The position numbers and the translations under genes are program-made. Below the pieces are notes generated by a model, which was not told the origin of the DNA, did no database searches, and saw only the letters and a list, made by a program, of their open reading frames with translations. Source: Eledone cirrhosa (taxonomy: Eukaryota). Taken from it: 64,000 nucleotides of DNA. The stretch's first letter is position 1; each line of letters opens with the position of its first letter. The stretch spans positions 2,170,001 to 2,234,000 of the forward strand of contig OZ024740.1 in assembly GCA_964016885.1 (NCBI GenBank), written 5' to 3'. Below, piece by piece: positions 1 through 13,504 of this stretch.

Positions 1-1427
1 ATTTTCCGGTTTATAAATTTACAATGTAAATTTACCGTTGATAACCGCGCATTTATTAAGAATGCTTATTTCTCTGGTCGCTGGCCTCTTGACCCTTCCA
101 GGTCAACGCATTCTCAACATCGACCATCAACTTCGGCTGCTATTTCTAGCACTTTGCGCAACTCATTTTTTCTAAAAAAAAATTTTTTACTGTGAATTTA
201 AACATCGAATACGCTCACTCAGCGAGACAACAGCAGCAGCAACAGCAATATAACAGCAACAGCAATACATCAATACAGCTTCACCAAAGCCAGAGAATTC
301 ATTTTTGCAGCACTCTTCCTGTGAGAAAATCCATTCGGAGGTTGGAAATTTCACGATATACCACAGAACAGAAACCACCTGCATTCATTCTCTGGAACAC
401 ACTTTCTTTCCTGCTGTCATGTGATTGCACACCTGTGAACTATATTTTGAACTTTGAGCTCTTCTATTACTTTTACTTTATTACATTGTATCTTTGGGTG
501 ATGGATAGATGGATGTCCAGTCGTTCTCTGGCCAAGAGCGGTTGGCTACCTTGATATCTATCATTGATTTTTCCAAACATTCTTTTGTCGTAATTTTCAT
601 GCCTGTTACAACATTCTCGCCAACTTGCTGCATATTTTCATTTCGATTTTTATACACTAAAATTCTGGCGGGAGGTTATGTAGCGGTTGTCTCCCTTGTT
701 TTGATTGGGATCTAGACGGGAAGTAGAACCCTTTCTGCAACTTCCGGTCAGAACCCTATAAAACTAACAACTTTAAGCTCCCTAACTCTCTTTTTGCCTT
801 TTCGGCACCAGGTCAAGAGCCTTCTCATTCGGCTCTGCCATTCATTTGGCCAACAGGCGCCTGGCCTTAGCCAGGCGTCCTCTGCCAGCCGCGTTTGCCT
901 GGCAATCAAAACGGTAACTACTAACTTTGTTTCATTCTAACATCTATCTTTGACATGTCAAGTATACTATCTACCATTGTTAATTAAATATTCTACACAC
1001 AAACCATGTCTCGTTTTGTTACATTCATACAACCCAGTAATATCGCTATAGAGTTGTCTTTTCTTTGAAAGATCTCTAGTACAACTAGCTGTATGATACA
1101 TCTTGTTTAATATTTAAACATTCTTAATTACTCCTTTGTCATCTCAACCATATACTTGTCTATCTAAATATATACCAATTTTTTAAATAGATGCCTGTCT
1201 CATTGATACGTAAATGCCATTTTTTTTTCTGATTCCCAGTCAGATAATCTGTCCTTTATATACCCTGCTGTCTTATAAACTAATGTTACCTTGCCATCTT
1301 ACCTGTCTATTTGAATATATACCAGTTTCTCAATATATATCATCATCATTGTTTAACGTCTATCTTCCACGCTAGTATGGGTTAGACGGGAATTGTCCCA
1401 CTTGAGGCACGATTGATCGGGTGACTA

Positions 1428-1568
1428 ATGTTTAATATAGAAATGGCTTCTACAGGACTAGAACTGTTTCATTCAAAAGAAATAATCAGGAAAGCCCAGG
1501 GTGTACCCGATGATTTCTTTTGAATGAAACAGTTCTAGTCCTGTAGAAGCCATTTCTATATTAAACAT
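1428..1568. mobile_element. Fold-back (inverted) terminal fragment of a Penelope-like element with a hammerhead remnant
   Basis: Arms 1428-1490 and 1506-1568 are reverse complements with 2 mismatches. The left arm read on minus gives GGCTTTC-CTGATTA-tttcttttgaat-GAAA-CAGttctagtcCTG-TA-GAAGCC, a type I hammerhead layout. PLE assignment is by inference from that motif. Confidence 0.6.
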
Positions 1569-1670
1569 GATGTTTATACTCTACTAATGTATTGAGTACC
1601 TTACCTATTGTGGTTACGCCTGATTGAACCTGGGGCTCACATATATATGTCTCATGGGTACTTCATTGCT

Positions 1671-4600
1671 AACAACCACAACCACCACCACAACCACCAC
1701 CACCACAACCACCACCACCACAACCACCACCACCACCGCTACCACATCCACAACCACCACCACCACCACTACCACCACCACAACCACCACCACTACCACC
1801 ACCACCACTACCACATCCACAACCACCACCACCACCACTACCACCACCACAACCACCACCACTACCACCACCACCACTACCACATCCACCACCACCACCA
1901 CCACTACCACAACCACCACCACAACCACCACCACCACCACCACCACCACCACCACCACCACAACCACCACCACCACAACCACCACCACTACCACCACTAC
2001 CACATCCACCACTACCACATCCACCACCACCACCACCACCACCACCACCACCACAGCCACCACCACTACCACCACCACCACTACCACAACCACCACCACC
2101 ATTATCCACAACCACCACTACCACAACCACCACCACCACAGCCACCACCACCACAGCCACCACCACTACCACAACCACCATTATCCACAACCACCACCAC
2201 TACCACCACCACAACCACCACCACTACCACCACCACTACCACCACCACTACCACCACCACCACATCCACAACCACCACCACCACTACCACAACCACCACC
2301 ACCACAGCCACCACCACCACCACTACCACAACCACCACCACCACCACAGCCACCACCACCACAACCACAGCCACGACCACCACATCCACCACCACCACCA
2401 CCACAACCACCACCACCACCACCACAACCACCACCACTACCACCACCACCACTACCACATACACAACCACCACCACTACCACCACCACAACCACCACATC
2501 CACAACCACAACCACCACCACCACCACATCCACAACCACCACCACTACCACCACCACAACCACCACATCCACAACCACCACCACCACCACCACCACCACA
2601 ACCACCACCACCACCACCACCACCACCACAGCCACCACCACAACCACCACCACCACCACAACCACCACCACCACCACCACCACATCCACAACCGCCACCA
2701 CTACCACCACCACCACCACAACCACCACCACCACCACCACCACCACCACCACAACCACCACCACCACCACAACCACCACCACCACCACAACCACCACCAC
2801 AACCACCACCACAGCCACCACCACAACCACCACCACCACCACAACCACCACCACATCCACAACCACCACCACCACAACCACCACCACCACCACAACCACC
2901 ACCACCACCACCACCACAACCACCACAACCACCACCACCACCACATCCACAACCACCACCACTACCACCACCACCACCACCACATCCACAACCACCACCA
3001 CCACCACAACAACCAACACCACCACAACCACCACCACCACCACCACAGCCACCACCACCACAACCACAGCCACCACCACCACAACCACCACCACCACCAC
3101 CACCACAACCACAACCACCACCACAACCACCACCACAACCACCACCACCACCACAGCCACCACCACAACCACCACAACCACCACCACCACCACCACCACA
3201 TCCACAACCAGCACCACCACAACCACCACCACCACCACAACCACCACCACCACAGCCACCACCACAACCACCACCACCACCACCACCACAACCACCACCA
3301 CCACAACCACCACCACCACAACCACCACCACCACCACCACCACATCCACAACCACCACCACCACAACCACCACCACCACCACAACCACCACCACCACCAC
3401 CACCACAACCACCACCACCACAACCACCACCACCACCACCACCACATCCACCACCACCACAACCACAGCCACCACCACCACAGCCACCACCACCACCACC
3501 ACTACCACCACCACTACCACCACCACAACCACCACCACTACCACCACCACTACCACCACCACCACTACCACATCCACAACCACCACCACCACCACCACTA
3601 CCACAACCACCACCACCACAGCCACCACCACCACAGCCACCACCACCACTACCACAACCACCACCACCACCACAGCCACCACCACCACCACAGCCACCAC
3701 CACCACAACCACAGCCACCACCACCACATCCACCACCACCACCACCACAACCACCACCACCACCACCACCACCACTACCACATCCACAACCACCACCACT
3801 ACCACCACCACAACCACCACATCCACAACCACCACCACCACCACCACCTCCACAACCACCACCACTACCACCACCACAACCACCACATCCACAACCACCA
3901 CCACCACCACCACCACCACAACCACCACCACCACCACAACCACCACCACCACAACATCCACAACCACTACCACCACCACAACCACCACATCCACAACCAC
4001 CACCACCACCACCACCACCACAACCACCACCACCACCAGCACCACAACCACCACCACCACCACCACCACAACCACCACCACAACCACCACCACCACCACC
4101 ACCACAACCACCACCACAACCACCACCACCACCACAACCACCACCACAACCACCACCACAACCACCACCACCACAACCACCACCACCACCACAGCCACCA
4201 CCACAACCACCACCACAACCACCACCACCACCACATCCACAACCACCACCACCACAACCACCACCACCACAACCACCACCACAACCACCACCACCACCAC
4301 AGCCACCACCACCACCACCACCACCACCACCACCACCACAACCACCACCAGCACCACCACCACCACCACCACAACCACAACCACCACCACCACCACCACC
4401 ACAACCACCACCACCACAGCCACCACAACCACCACCACCACCACAACCACCACCACCACAGCCACCACCACCACCACAACCACCACCACCACCACCACCA
4501 CAGCCACCACCACCACCACCACCACCACAACCACCACCACCACCACAACCACCACCACCACAGCCACCACCACCACCACAACCACCACCACCACCACATC

Positions 4601-6593
4601 CACAACCACCACCACAACCACCACCACCACCACCACCACAACCACCACTACTACCACATCCACAACCACCACCACCACCACCACCACAACCACCACCACC
4701 ACCACAACCACCACAACCACCACCACCACAACCACCACCACCACCACATCCACAACCACCACCACCACCACCACCACAACCACCACCACCACCACCACCA
4801 CAACCACCACCACCACAACCACCACCACCACCACATCCACAACCACCACCACCACCACCACCACCACAACCACCACCACCACCACCACCACCACCACAAC
4901 CACCACCACCACAACCACCACCACCACCACAACCACCACCACCACCACAACCACCACCACCACAACCACCACCACCACCACAACCACAACCACCACCACA
5001 ACCACCACCACCACCACAACCACCACCACCACCACATCCACAACCACCACCACCACCAACATCCACCACCACCACAACCACCACCACCACCACAACTACA
5101 ACCACCACCACCACCACCACCAAAACCACCACCACCACCACCACAACCACCACCACAACCACCACCACCACCACATCCACAACCACCACCACCACCACCA
5201 CAACCACAACCACCACCACCACCACCACCACAACCACCACCACCACCACAACCACCACAACCACCACCACCACCACCACCACAACCACCACCACCACCAC
5301 CACCACAACCACCACCACAACCACCACCACCACAACCACCACCACCACCACCACCACCACCACCACAACCACCACCACCACCACCACCACAACCACCACC
5401 ACCACCACCACCACCACAGCCACCACCACAACCACCACCACCACCACCACAGCCACCACCACAACCACCACATCCACCACCACCACCACCACCACCACAA
5501 CCACCACCACCACCACAACCACCACCACCACCACCACCACCACCACAACCACCACCACCACCACCACCACCACAGCCACCACCACAACCACCACCACCAC
5601 CACCACAGCCACCACCACAACCACCACATCCACAACCACCACCACCACCACCACCACCACAACCACCACCACCACCACCACAACCACCACCACCACCACC
5701 ACCACCACAACCACCACCACCACCACCACCACAACCACCACCACCACCACCACCACCACAACCACCACCACCACCACCACAGCCACCACCACAACCACCA
5801 CATCCACAACCACCACCACCACCACCACCACCACAACCACCACCACCACCACAACCACCACCACAACCACCACAAAAACCACCACAACCACCACCACCAC
5901 CACAACCACCACCACCACCACCACAGCCACCACCACAACCACCACCACCACCACCACAGCCACCACCACAACCACCACATCCACAACCACCACCACCACC
6001 ACCACCACCACAACCACCACCACCACCACAACCACCACCACAACCACCACCACCACAACCACCACCACAACCACCACCACCACCACAACCACCACCACCA
6101 CCACCACCACCACAACCACCACCACCACCACCACAGCCACCACCACAACCACCACCACCACCACCACCACAGCCACCACCACAACCACCACCACCACCAC
6201 CACCACCACAGCCACCACCACCACAACCACCACCACCACCACAACCACCACCACCACCACCACCACCACAGCCACCACCACAACCACCACCACCACAACC
6301 ACCACCACCACCACCACCACAACCACCACCACCACCACAACCACCACCACCACCACCACCACCACAGCCACCACCACAACCACCACCACAGCCACCACCA
6401 CAACCACCACCACCACCACCACCACAGCCACCACCACAACCACCACCACCACCACCACCACAGCCACCACCACAACCACCACATCCACAACCACCACCAC
6501 CACCACCACCACCACAACCACCACCACCACCACCACCACAGCCACCACCACAACCACCACCTCCACCACCACCACCACAGCCACCACCACCAC
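1671..6593. repeat. ~4.9 kb imperfect (CCA)n trinucleotide tract with CAA/CTA/CAT/CAG variants
   Basis: Directly visible. It generates the poly-Thr/Pro/His/Val/Gly/Trp ORFs in all frames. Confidence 0.97.
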
Positions 6594-6640
6594 AATTGTT
6601 TTATGTCTCAATATCTAGATCTGTACATCTCTCGTTTCAG

Positions 6641-6772
6641 CTGAAGGTGTTATGTAGTCACCTTGACAACGGCGGTGACCTAGCAGCTGAAGTGAAGCAG
6701 TCAATATTGAACACCGTCAAAGAATCTGACCAGAAGCGACTGTCTGACAGCTTCAACTCCCCATCTGACTGA
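6641..6772 (+). CDS. Probable terminal coding exon of an unidentified gene (LKVLCSHLDNGGDLAAEVKQSILNTVKESDQKRLSDSFNSPSD*)
   Basis: Pyrimidine tract plus TTTCAG acceptor ending at 6640. The phase-0 frame is open for 43 codons to TGA with protein-like composition, and the other two frames stop within 5 codons. AATAAA near 7427. Protein not recognised. Confidence 0.5.
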   Translation: MKVLCSHLDNGGDLAAEVKQSILNTVKESDQKRLSDSFNSPSD

Positions 6773-6895
6773 CAAATACGTCAAGCAATTCACCAATACG
6801 CCAATCTGACAATTCACCAATTCGCCAATCAACCAATCAACAGGCCAGTCAGCCATAAAACATTATCTCATATAAACCATATTTACTTGGTATTT

Positions 6896-7110
6896 ACTGA
6901 CCACTCAGTATGATACAGTACACAACACTGACCAGTGATGGCTGTTGGTCACTACTACATTATAATATAACTATCAACACTGACCACTACAGGAGGATAC
7001 AGTACACAACACTGACCAGTGATGGCTGTTGGTCACTACTACATTATAATATAACTATCAACACTGACCACTACAGGAGGATACAGTATACAATACTGAC
7101 CAGTGGTCAC
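6896..7110. repeat. 84-bp tandem minisatellite (~2.5 copies, degenerate further downstream)
   Basis: Unit translates as the repeated IQYTTLTSDGCWSLLHYNITINTDHYRR (28 aa); built on actgacca subunits. Confidence 0.85.
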
Positions 7111-7649
7111 TACTACACTATAATACAGCCAGTATACAATATGGTCACTACTAACAATTACAGTAAGATACAACGCAACACCACTGACCAGTGCTCCCTA
7201 TTAATTACTGCAGTATGATATAATGTTTATCACTGACCACTAATCAATTCACCATTGACCAGTATTCACTCAAACATAGCTCTAACCAATAGTAATTACT
7301 AATTACTTAATTAGTGCAGTATACAGTATACAACCAGTGGTCACTTCAACACTGATTTGACCACTGTCCACTACAAACTAGTGCAATATGATGCAGTATA
7401 CAACTGGTTACTACTGACCATTATATAATAAATCTAAAAATAACAAGCAAGGGAGACAACCACAACAATATCAACTAATCCAATTTTGGGGAAAAATATA
7501 GATAATGCAGTTAGGAGTAGATGTTGACTTAAAGGCCAACTTGTGACAACAAGTTACATGTTTCAGCCTTGTTAGATCTCATCAGCAAACCATGTTCAAT
7601 GCTTTCCCCAGTTGGTGTAATAGACAAGATCTACTCCTAACAGTATTGT

Positions 7650-7795
7650 CCTTCTTCTTCTTCTTTGCCCATTTATTAATGAGAGGGTCGTGGGGCAGAG
7701 TCCTCCAGCACCCCTTCCAGCAGGTCCTGTCAGAAGCAACCGTTTCCAATTGAGCTGGCTGGATCCCCAAGTGAGACCAGCCAGGCTCATGGATT
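7650..7795 (-). mobile_element. 3' end fragment of an Expander/Rex3-like RTE LINE with (GAA)n tail
   Basis: Minus translation GIQPAQLETVASDRTCWKGCWRTLPHDP resembles the RTE C-terminus; homologous to 18850-19140. Confidence 0.65.
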
Positions 7796-8035
7796 ATTTT
7801 CCAAAAATTTGGATCACCTAATATTGCTTGTTAATTTCAAACACCTATATTGGGAGTTTTTGTCTCCTAATTACAAGAATAATCCCTATTGACTAAGGTT
7901 TTTTTTTTTACCTCACAATATTACATAAAGGTAACATACCATTATATATATATATATACATACCATTATATATATATATATACCATTATATATATATATA
8001 TATATATATACATACCATTATATATATATACATAT

Positions 8036-8222
8036 GGCAGTGGATTGACAGTATCGGTAGAGGGTCGGACGCTATGCTTTGACGCATAGAGTTACGGCCC
8101 TTGCCATTCTGAGTTCAAATCCCGCCGAGGTTAACTTTGCCTTTCATCCTTACGGGGTCGATAAAATAAAGTACCAGTAATGCACTGGGTGTTTGCTGGC
8201 CTTGTGCCTAAAGTAGAAACAA
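8036..8222 (+). mobile_element. tRNA-derived SINE with Nin-type core
   Basis: tRNA-like head (GGCAGTGGATTGACAGTATCGGTAGAG...GAGTTCAAATCCC) followed by GCCTTTCATCCTTACGGGGTCGATAAAATAAAGTACCAG. Further copies at ~16480-16635, 20888-21890 and 49255-49360. Confidence 0.75.
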
Positions 8223-8533
8223 TATATATATATATACATATCATAATCAACATTTAACATGTATTTTCCATGTTTGCATAGGTTAGACAAATTGTATTAT
8301 TTTCTGAAGGTTGACCAGGGAAATATATCTTACACATGAAGGGAAACAATACTTAACTATGATCTGCTACAGTTTCTACTTGTCACTTCTTTCAGACGAA
8401 TGTCTTCAGGAATTTTGAACACGTTCGTACATATAAAGTCATTAACAGAAAACATATTTTCACAGGCGAACATATTTTCTTCCTAAATACATATATTGAA
8501 ATCACTGGATATCGATCTAAATCCTAATTATTA

Positions 8534-8572
<39 letters not shown>

Positions 8573-8671
8573 GGGATCAACTCTGCATCCTATTGTGCAT
8601 CGAGTACTACTTTGACTAGTCATTTTTCCAGTCTTAGCACTGCAGGCACTCTACATATATATATATCATAT

Positions 8672-8735
<64 letters not shown>

Positions 8736-9191
8736 ATTTTGTTATGTCCCAATGTGCACTGGAATAAATGGTATCAACCTCAATTACCCAAAACTGTAGT
8801 GATTTCCAAAGATTGACTGAGGAGATGAGATGAGTCTGTCTTTCTGTTATTTTTTTCAATTATCTCTGTCCTATGCACTCCCTATTTTAAATGTGGTTGG
8901 TGTTAGGAAGGGCATCCAGCCGTAGAAAACCCGCCAGACAGTCCTAGACGAGCAAGACAACCAATCTTGTCTCAAGTGGGAAAATTCTCGTCCAAACCCA
9001 TGCAAGCGTGGAAGATGGACGTTAAACGATGATGATGATGATGATATATATATATATAGTAAGGTGTATTATTGGTTGTGTAAAACAGTCCAATAAATTT
9101 ATGTTAGCAATATTAAGTGCTCAATGCATTTGTATATCTCCAATTCCATTCAAGGGAACAGCTAGATGATGTAAAACGGAGTATAAGTAGC

Positions 9192-9495
9192 AAAATGAAA
9201 ATCCGAAGGCAAGGTAAAATTCCAATCATTTTAATCACGACACGTTTCAATAAGAGATAGATCGCTCGTAAAGCCATGATCAATTATCACTGATCTCATC
9301 AGGGAATAAACTCTGTGAGTGAACATTGCTAATTTTCTCCCTCATATCAAGAATTTGAAGACAATTCATTTTCACCTGATGAGATCAGTGATAATTGATC
9401 ATGGCTTTACGATCGATCTATCTCTAATTGAAACATGTGTCGGGATTAAAATGATTGGAATTTTACCTTCAGATTTTACCTTCAGATTTTAATTT

Positions 9496-9497
<2 letters not shown>
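9192..9497. mobile_element. Inverted pair of Penelope-like terminal fragments with hammerhead motifs
   Basis: Arms ~9192-9303 and ~9375-9497 are reverse complements. Each has CCTGATGAG...TTGAAAC(gt/atgt)GTC. Followed by (TA)n. Confidence 0.6.
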
Positions 9498-9539
<42 letters not shown>

Positions 9540-9906
9540 GCTTCATTGAACATTGACTGCATAATATAGTCTAATAATCATATAATCTAATAATCATATA
9601 AAGCCACTGGCAAAAGATGGGTATTATCGACACCCATCTATTGCTGTTCAGTGGGTTATACGCCCCATTATTATACTATATTATGCAGCCAATGTTACAA
9701 TGAAGCTTCTATTTATATTTAATTCGAAACTTTGTTTACCACGATCCAAACATAATTCCATATAATTAATAATAGGAAGGGACAAGGTGTCAAGTTTATT
9801 CAGGTTTGATGTGTGTTTCGCCATTGATCAGACTCTAGAATCAAAAGCTCATCAGAAGTCTGATGAGCTTTTGATGTTACAATCCTTAAACTATATATAT
9901 ATATAT

Positions 9907-12528
9907 ATCATCATCATCATCATCATCGTTTAACGTCCATCTTCCACGCTAGCATGGGTCTGGACGGGAATTGTCCCACTTGAGGCAAGATTGGTTGTCT
10001 TGCTCAGGACTGTCTGGCGGGTTTTCTACGGCTGGATGCCCTTCCTAACACCAACCACGTTTACAGTGTGGTCTGGGAGGTTTTTACCGTGTTACCTACA
10101 CGGCCACATTACAGCGTGGACTGTGTGTTTTTTTGTCGTGACACCTACACGACCTTATTTATTTAGGACTTGATGTTGTGGTACCAACATAGCTTTACAT
10201 CGAAAGGGGTGGTGTAGATGGCGGCGGGGGTAGGGGTAGTGGGACGGAGGTGTATTTTGGTTAAGAGGTGTCTACTGAATGTAGGTTTCGCTTTGTATTT
10301 AGGCAAGGCGGGTCTTCTGTATTACTGCGTAGCGCCAAAGATCTCAGTCCAGTGATGTTGTCTTGGAGAGGTGTAAGTGTGTGAGGTCGGAATTTATCAA
10401 GTCATCCCAGGTTTTTCTGGGTCTGCCTACACCGTGGCTACCGTCTATTTTGATCGCCCTGCACTTTTTTATACAGCTGTCGACCTTTACATGTGCATCA
10501 CGTGACCATACCAACATAGTCTTCTCTCGAGTAAACAGCATCTGATCCCTCTTATTCCTAATTTCTCACTTAGTTCATTTATGCTTTGCCGTTCGCGTAT
10601 ATTACTATTACACATCCAACGGAGCATGCTAGCTTCGTTCCTCTCCAGTCTGCATAGATCCTCTGCACATAATGCCCAGGTCTCACTGCCATGTAACATT
10701 GCTGTTCGTATGCAGGCATCATACAGCCTGCCTTTCATTTTTAGATAGAACCCTTTAGCGGCCAATAGTGGTATAAGCTCTCTGAACTTTTTCCATCCCG
10801 TTCTGACACTAGCTACTGTACTTTCGGAACACCCTCCCACACTGCTGATTTTGTCACCCAGGTAACGGAAGGTGTCCACTATTTCTATAGAACCATCTGG
10901 GCAATGGAATGAGCTAGTATTCTGTGGGCATTTGCTGCTACTTATTGCACCAGAGCACCGGCCACATATAAAATCTATATTCTTAGATAGCTTACCTGTG
11001 ATCCCACTACATCTTTTATGCACCCATACTTTGCATTTGGGACATAAAATGGAATTTCTGCCTACTCCTTTCCTACACACTGAGCATGGCCATTTCCCAG
11101 ATGGGACCAGTGCCCTATTTTCCTTCCTACAAACTAGAACTTTAGTCTTAGACAAGTTAATGTTAAGGCCTTTTGATTCTAGGCCATGCTTCCATGTTTG
11201 GAATTTCTTCTCTAGTTCAGCCATTGATTCGGCTATGAGCATTAGATCATCTGCGTATAGGAGTTCCCATGAGCAGCCGGTCTTGAACTCCTCCGTTTTA
11301 GCTTGGAGGGCGATAATAAATAGGAGGGAGATAAGGACGAAGCCCTGATGAACACCAACTTTTACGCTAAACTCTTCACTATATTCGTTGTTAATTCTAA
11401 CCTTGCTGACTGTTTCTTTATACATGGCTTGTATAGCTCTCACAAGCCATTCATCAACACCTAGTTTTCTGAGAGCCCACAAGATAATGGGGCGTGGGAC
11501 TCTGTCAAAGGCTTTCTCCAAGTCAACGAAAGCTAAGTATAGGGGTTTACTTTTAGCTAGGTACTTCTCCTGTAGTTGTCGTACAAGGAAAAGAGCGTCT
11601 GTGGTACTTTTACCTGACACAAACCCAAACTGCATTTCGTCTAGATCAATTCGCTCTCTGATTAGTTGCGCTATTACTTTTTCTGTGACCTTCATGACCT
11701 GGTCGATTAATTTAATGCCTCTATAGTTTCCCCTATCTATGGCATCTCCTTTACCCTTGTAGCAGTTAATGATGATGCTGCTGCGCCAGTCCTTTGGTAC
11801 GACCCCATTCTGTATAACTTGGTTTACTATCCGGGTGACCATAGTGTGTCCCACCATTCCAGATACTTTCAGCATTTCAGCAACTATTTCCGAAGGCCCA
11901 ACCCCGTTGCCTGTCTTCATATCTTTGATTGCCTTACTTATTATACTACCTTCAACTTGCACTGCTGGTCCCTCTATTGGGTCGATGTGGGGGAGACTGT
12001 CTTTCTCCCATTTATTCTCCTCATTTAGTAGCCTTTCGTAGTGACACTTCCAAGCTACCTTCTTATCAGCGTCAGTGATGGCAAGTACACCATCATCATT
12101 AAGGACACACTTCTCCCCGACAATATCACGGTTTTCCTTGACACATTGCCTAGCAATCCTGAACACCTCACGTTTTTGGTCCTCGCGTTGTAGAACATGC
12201 TTGAATTTTCTTTCCTCTGCTTCCCTTCTTGCAAAGTACACTTGTCTCCTAGCTTCTCTCCTGGCCACTTGATAGTCTTCTCTACTTCCCCCATCCCACC
12301 ATACTTTCCAAGCCTGCTTTTTGGCCTTGATTGTCTCTTCCACCTTACTGTTCCACCACCAAGTTACTCTCCTCCTGCCAATAGGTCTACTACAGCCACA
12401 GATTCCATCTGTCGCCTTCAGCAGGTTAGCTTTCAGGAATGCCCACTGTTCCTCTATATTGTACAACTCTAATTACTCTTCCTTACTGTCAAAAGCATCA
12501 AGGAATATGCTTTTAAATTTATTACTGG
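9907..12528 (-). mobile_element. 5'-truncated RTE-clade LINE (family 1), RT ORF 12466-10487
   Basis: RT motifs NYRGIKL, QFGF, FVDLEKAFD, GVHQG, LLYADD, FRYLG; C4HC3 finger; 3' tail ...GGACGTTAAAC(GAT)n. Confidence 0.95.
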
Positions 12529-12776
12529 CTGTATACACATATATATATATTATAATATATTGTATTAGGAAAGATAGGCATGAAGTGAGGAGAAATTTGA
12601 AGACAGATTTATTTGATTAAATAATCCAACATGTGTTTTATCATTGATTACATAATCAACTTCATTATCCACGTTGAGAACAAATATTTGGTAAGCTGTA
12701 ATTTTACTATCATTTATATATTCATTCCACACAAATACAAAATTACCAACATAAAGTGAAAACTTTGTTATCTTCT

Positions 12777-12844
<68 letters not shown>

Positions 12845-13074
12845 CCTAACTACTGATTATAACTGCTGATTATATATTTTTTACTATTGATTATTTATAA
12901 ATCATTTTGCTAGTTTAGACATTAGTAGAAGAGCCTATCCTACAACAGAACTGATGAATAAACCAGTGGAAATAGAATATCCTCATCATCATTATCATAT
13001 ATATGTAAACAAATCTCCATCGTTTTCCTTAATATATATACTCTGTCTGTGCATCTCAGCAATGATGTTAAAAC

Positions 13075-13300
13075 AGCAACCTTTTAGCTTTATTTTCATC
13101 TTTGGAAAAAGGAAGAAGTCTGCAAAAGCTAAATCTGATGAGTAGGGCAGGTGTGGAAGTGATGGTATGTTGTTCTTGGTGAGAAACTCATGAACAATGA
13201 GTGCTCGGTTACAGGCTGCATTGTCATCATCGAGAATCCAGTTCTTCGTGTGTCACAGATCCAGTCACTTTCGCCAAATGTTCTTCCTTAAACGCCCCAA
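13075..13300 (-). mobile_element. Mariner (D,D34D) transposase relic
   Basis: Minus translation WILDDDNAACNRALIVHEFLTKNNIPSLPHLPYSSDLAFADFFLFPKMKIKLKG matches the mariner HDNA...HPPYSPDLAPxDFxLF motif. Confidence 0.85.
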
Positions 13301-13452
13301 AACTTGGCAGTAAAATTATATATATCAAATTATTTTATGTAACAGGCTGAATGTGTTGAGGGCATATAACCAAACAAAAGTTGTAACTAAATATACTTAA
13401 CTCGTCCTATGGACTCAGTGCTCTTACCCTTGGATATTTCTATCAAACTTAT

Positions 13453-13504
<52 letters not shown>

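Noticed and set aside
680-930. ACTTCCGG + CTATAAAA promoter-like or LTR-like segment
   Set aside because: No second LTR, downstream ORF or other support in the window.
1608-6644. 1678-aa and 1664-aa Thr/Pro/His-rich ORFs resembling mucin or extensin
   Set aside because: Artefact of the stop-poor (CCA)n tract: open in several frames on both strands, with no signal peptide or domain.
8361-8415. Minus-strand CTGAAGA...GAAACTGTA
   Set aside because: Core words are present but stems I and II do not pair convincingly; at most a decayed PLE end.
13135-13190. CTGATGAG...GAAACTC hammerhead-like string
   Set aside because: It is the antisense of the mariner YSSDLA coding motif; no stems form.
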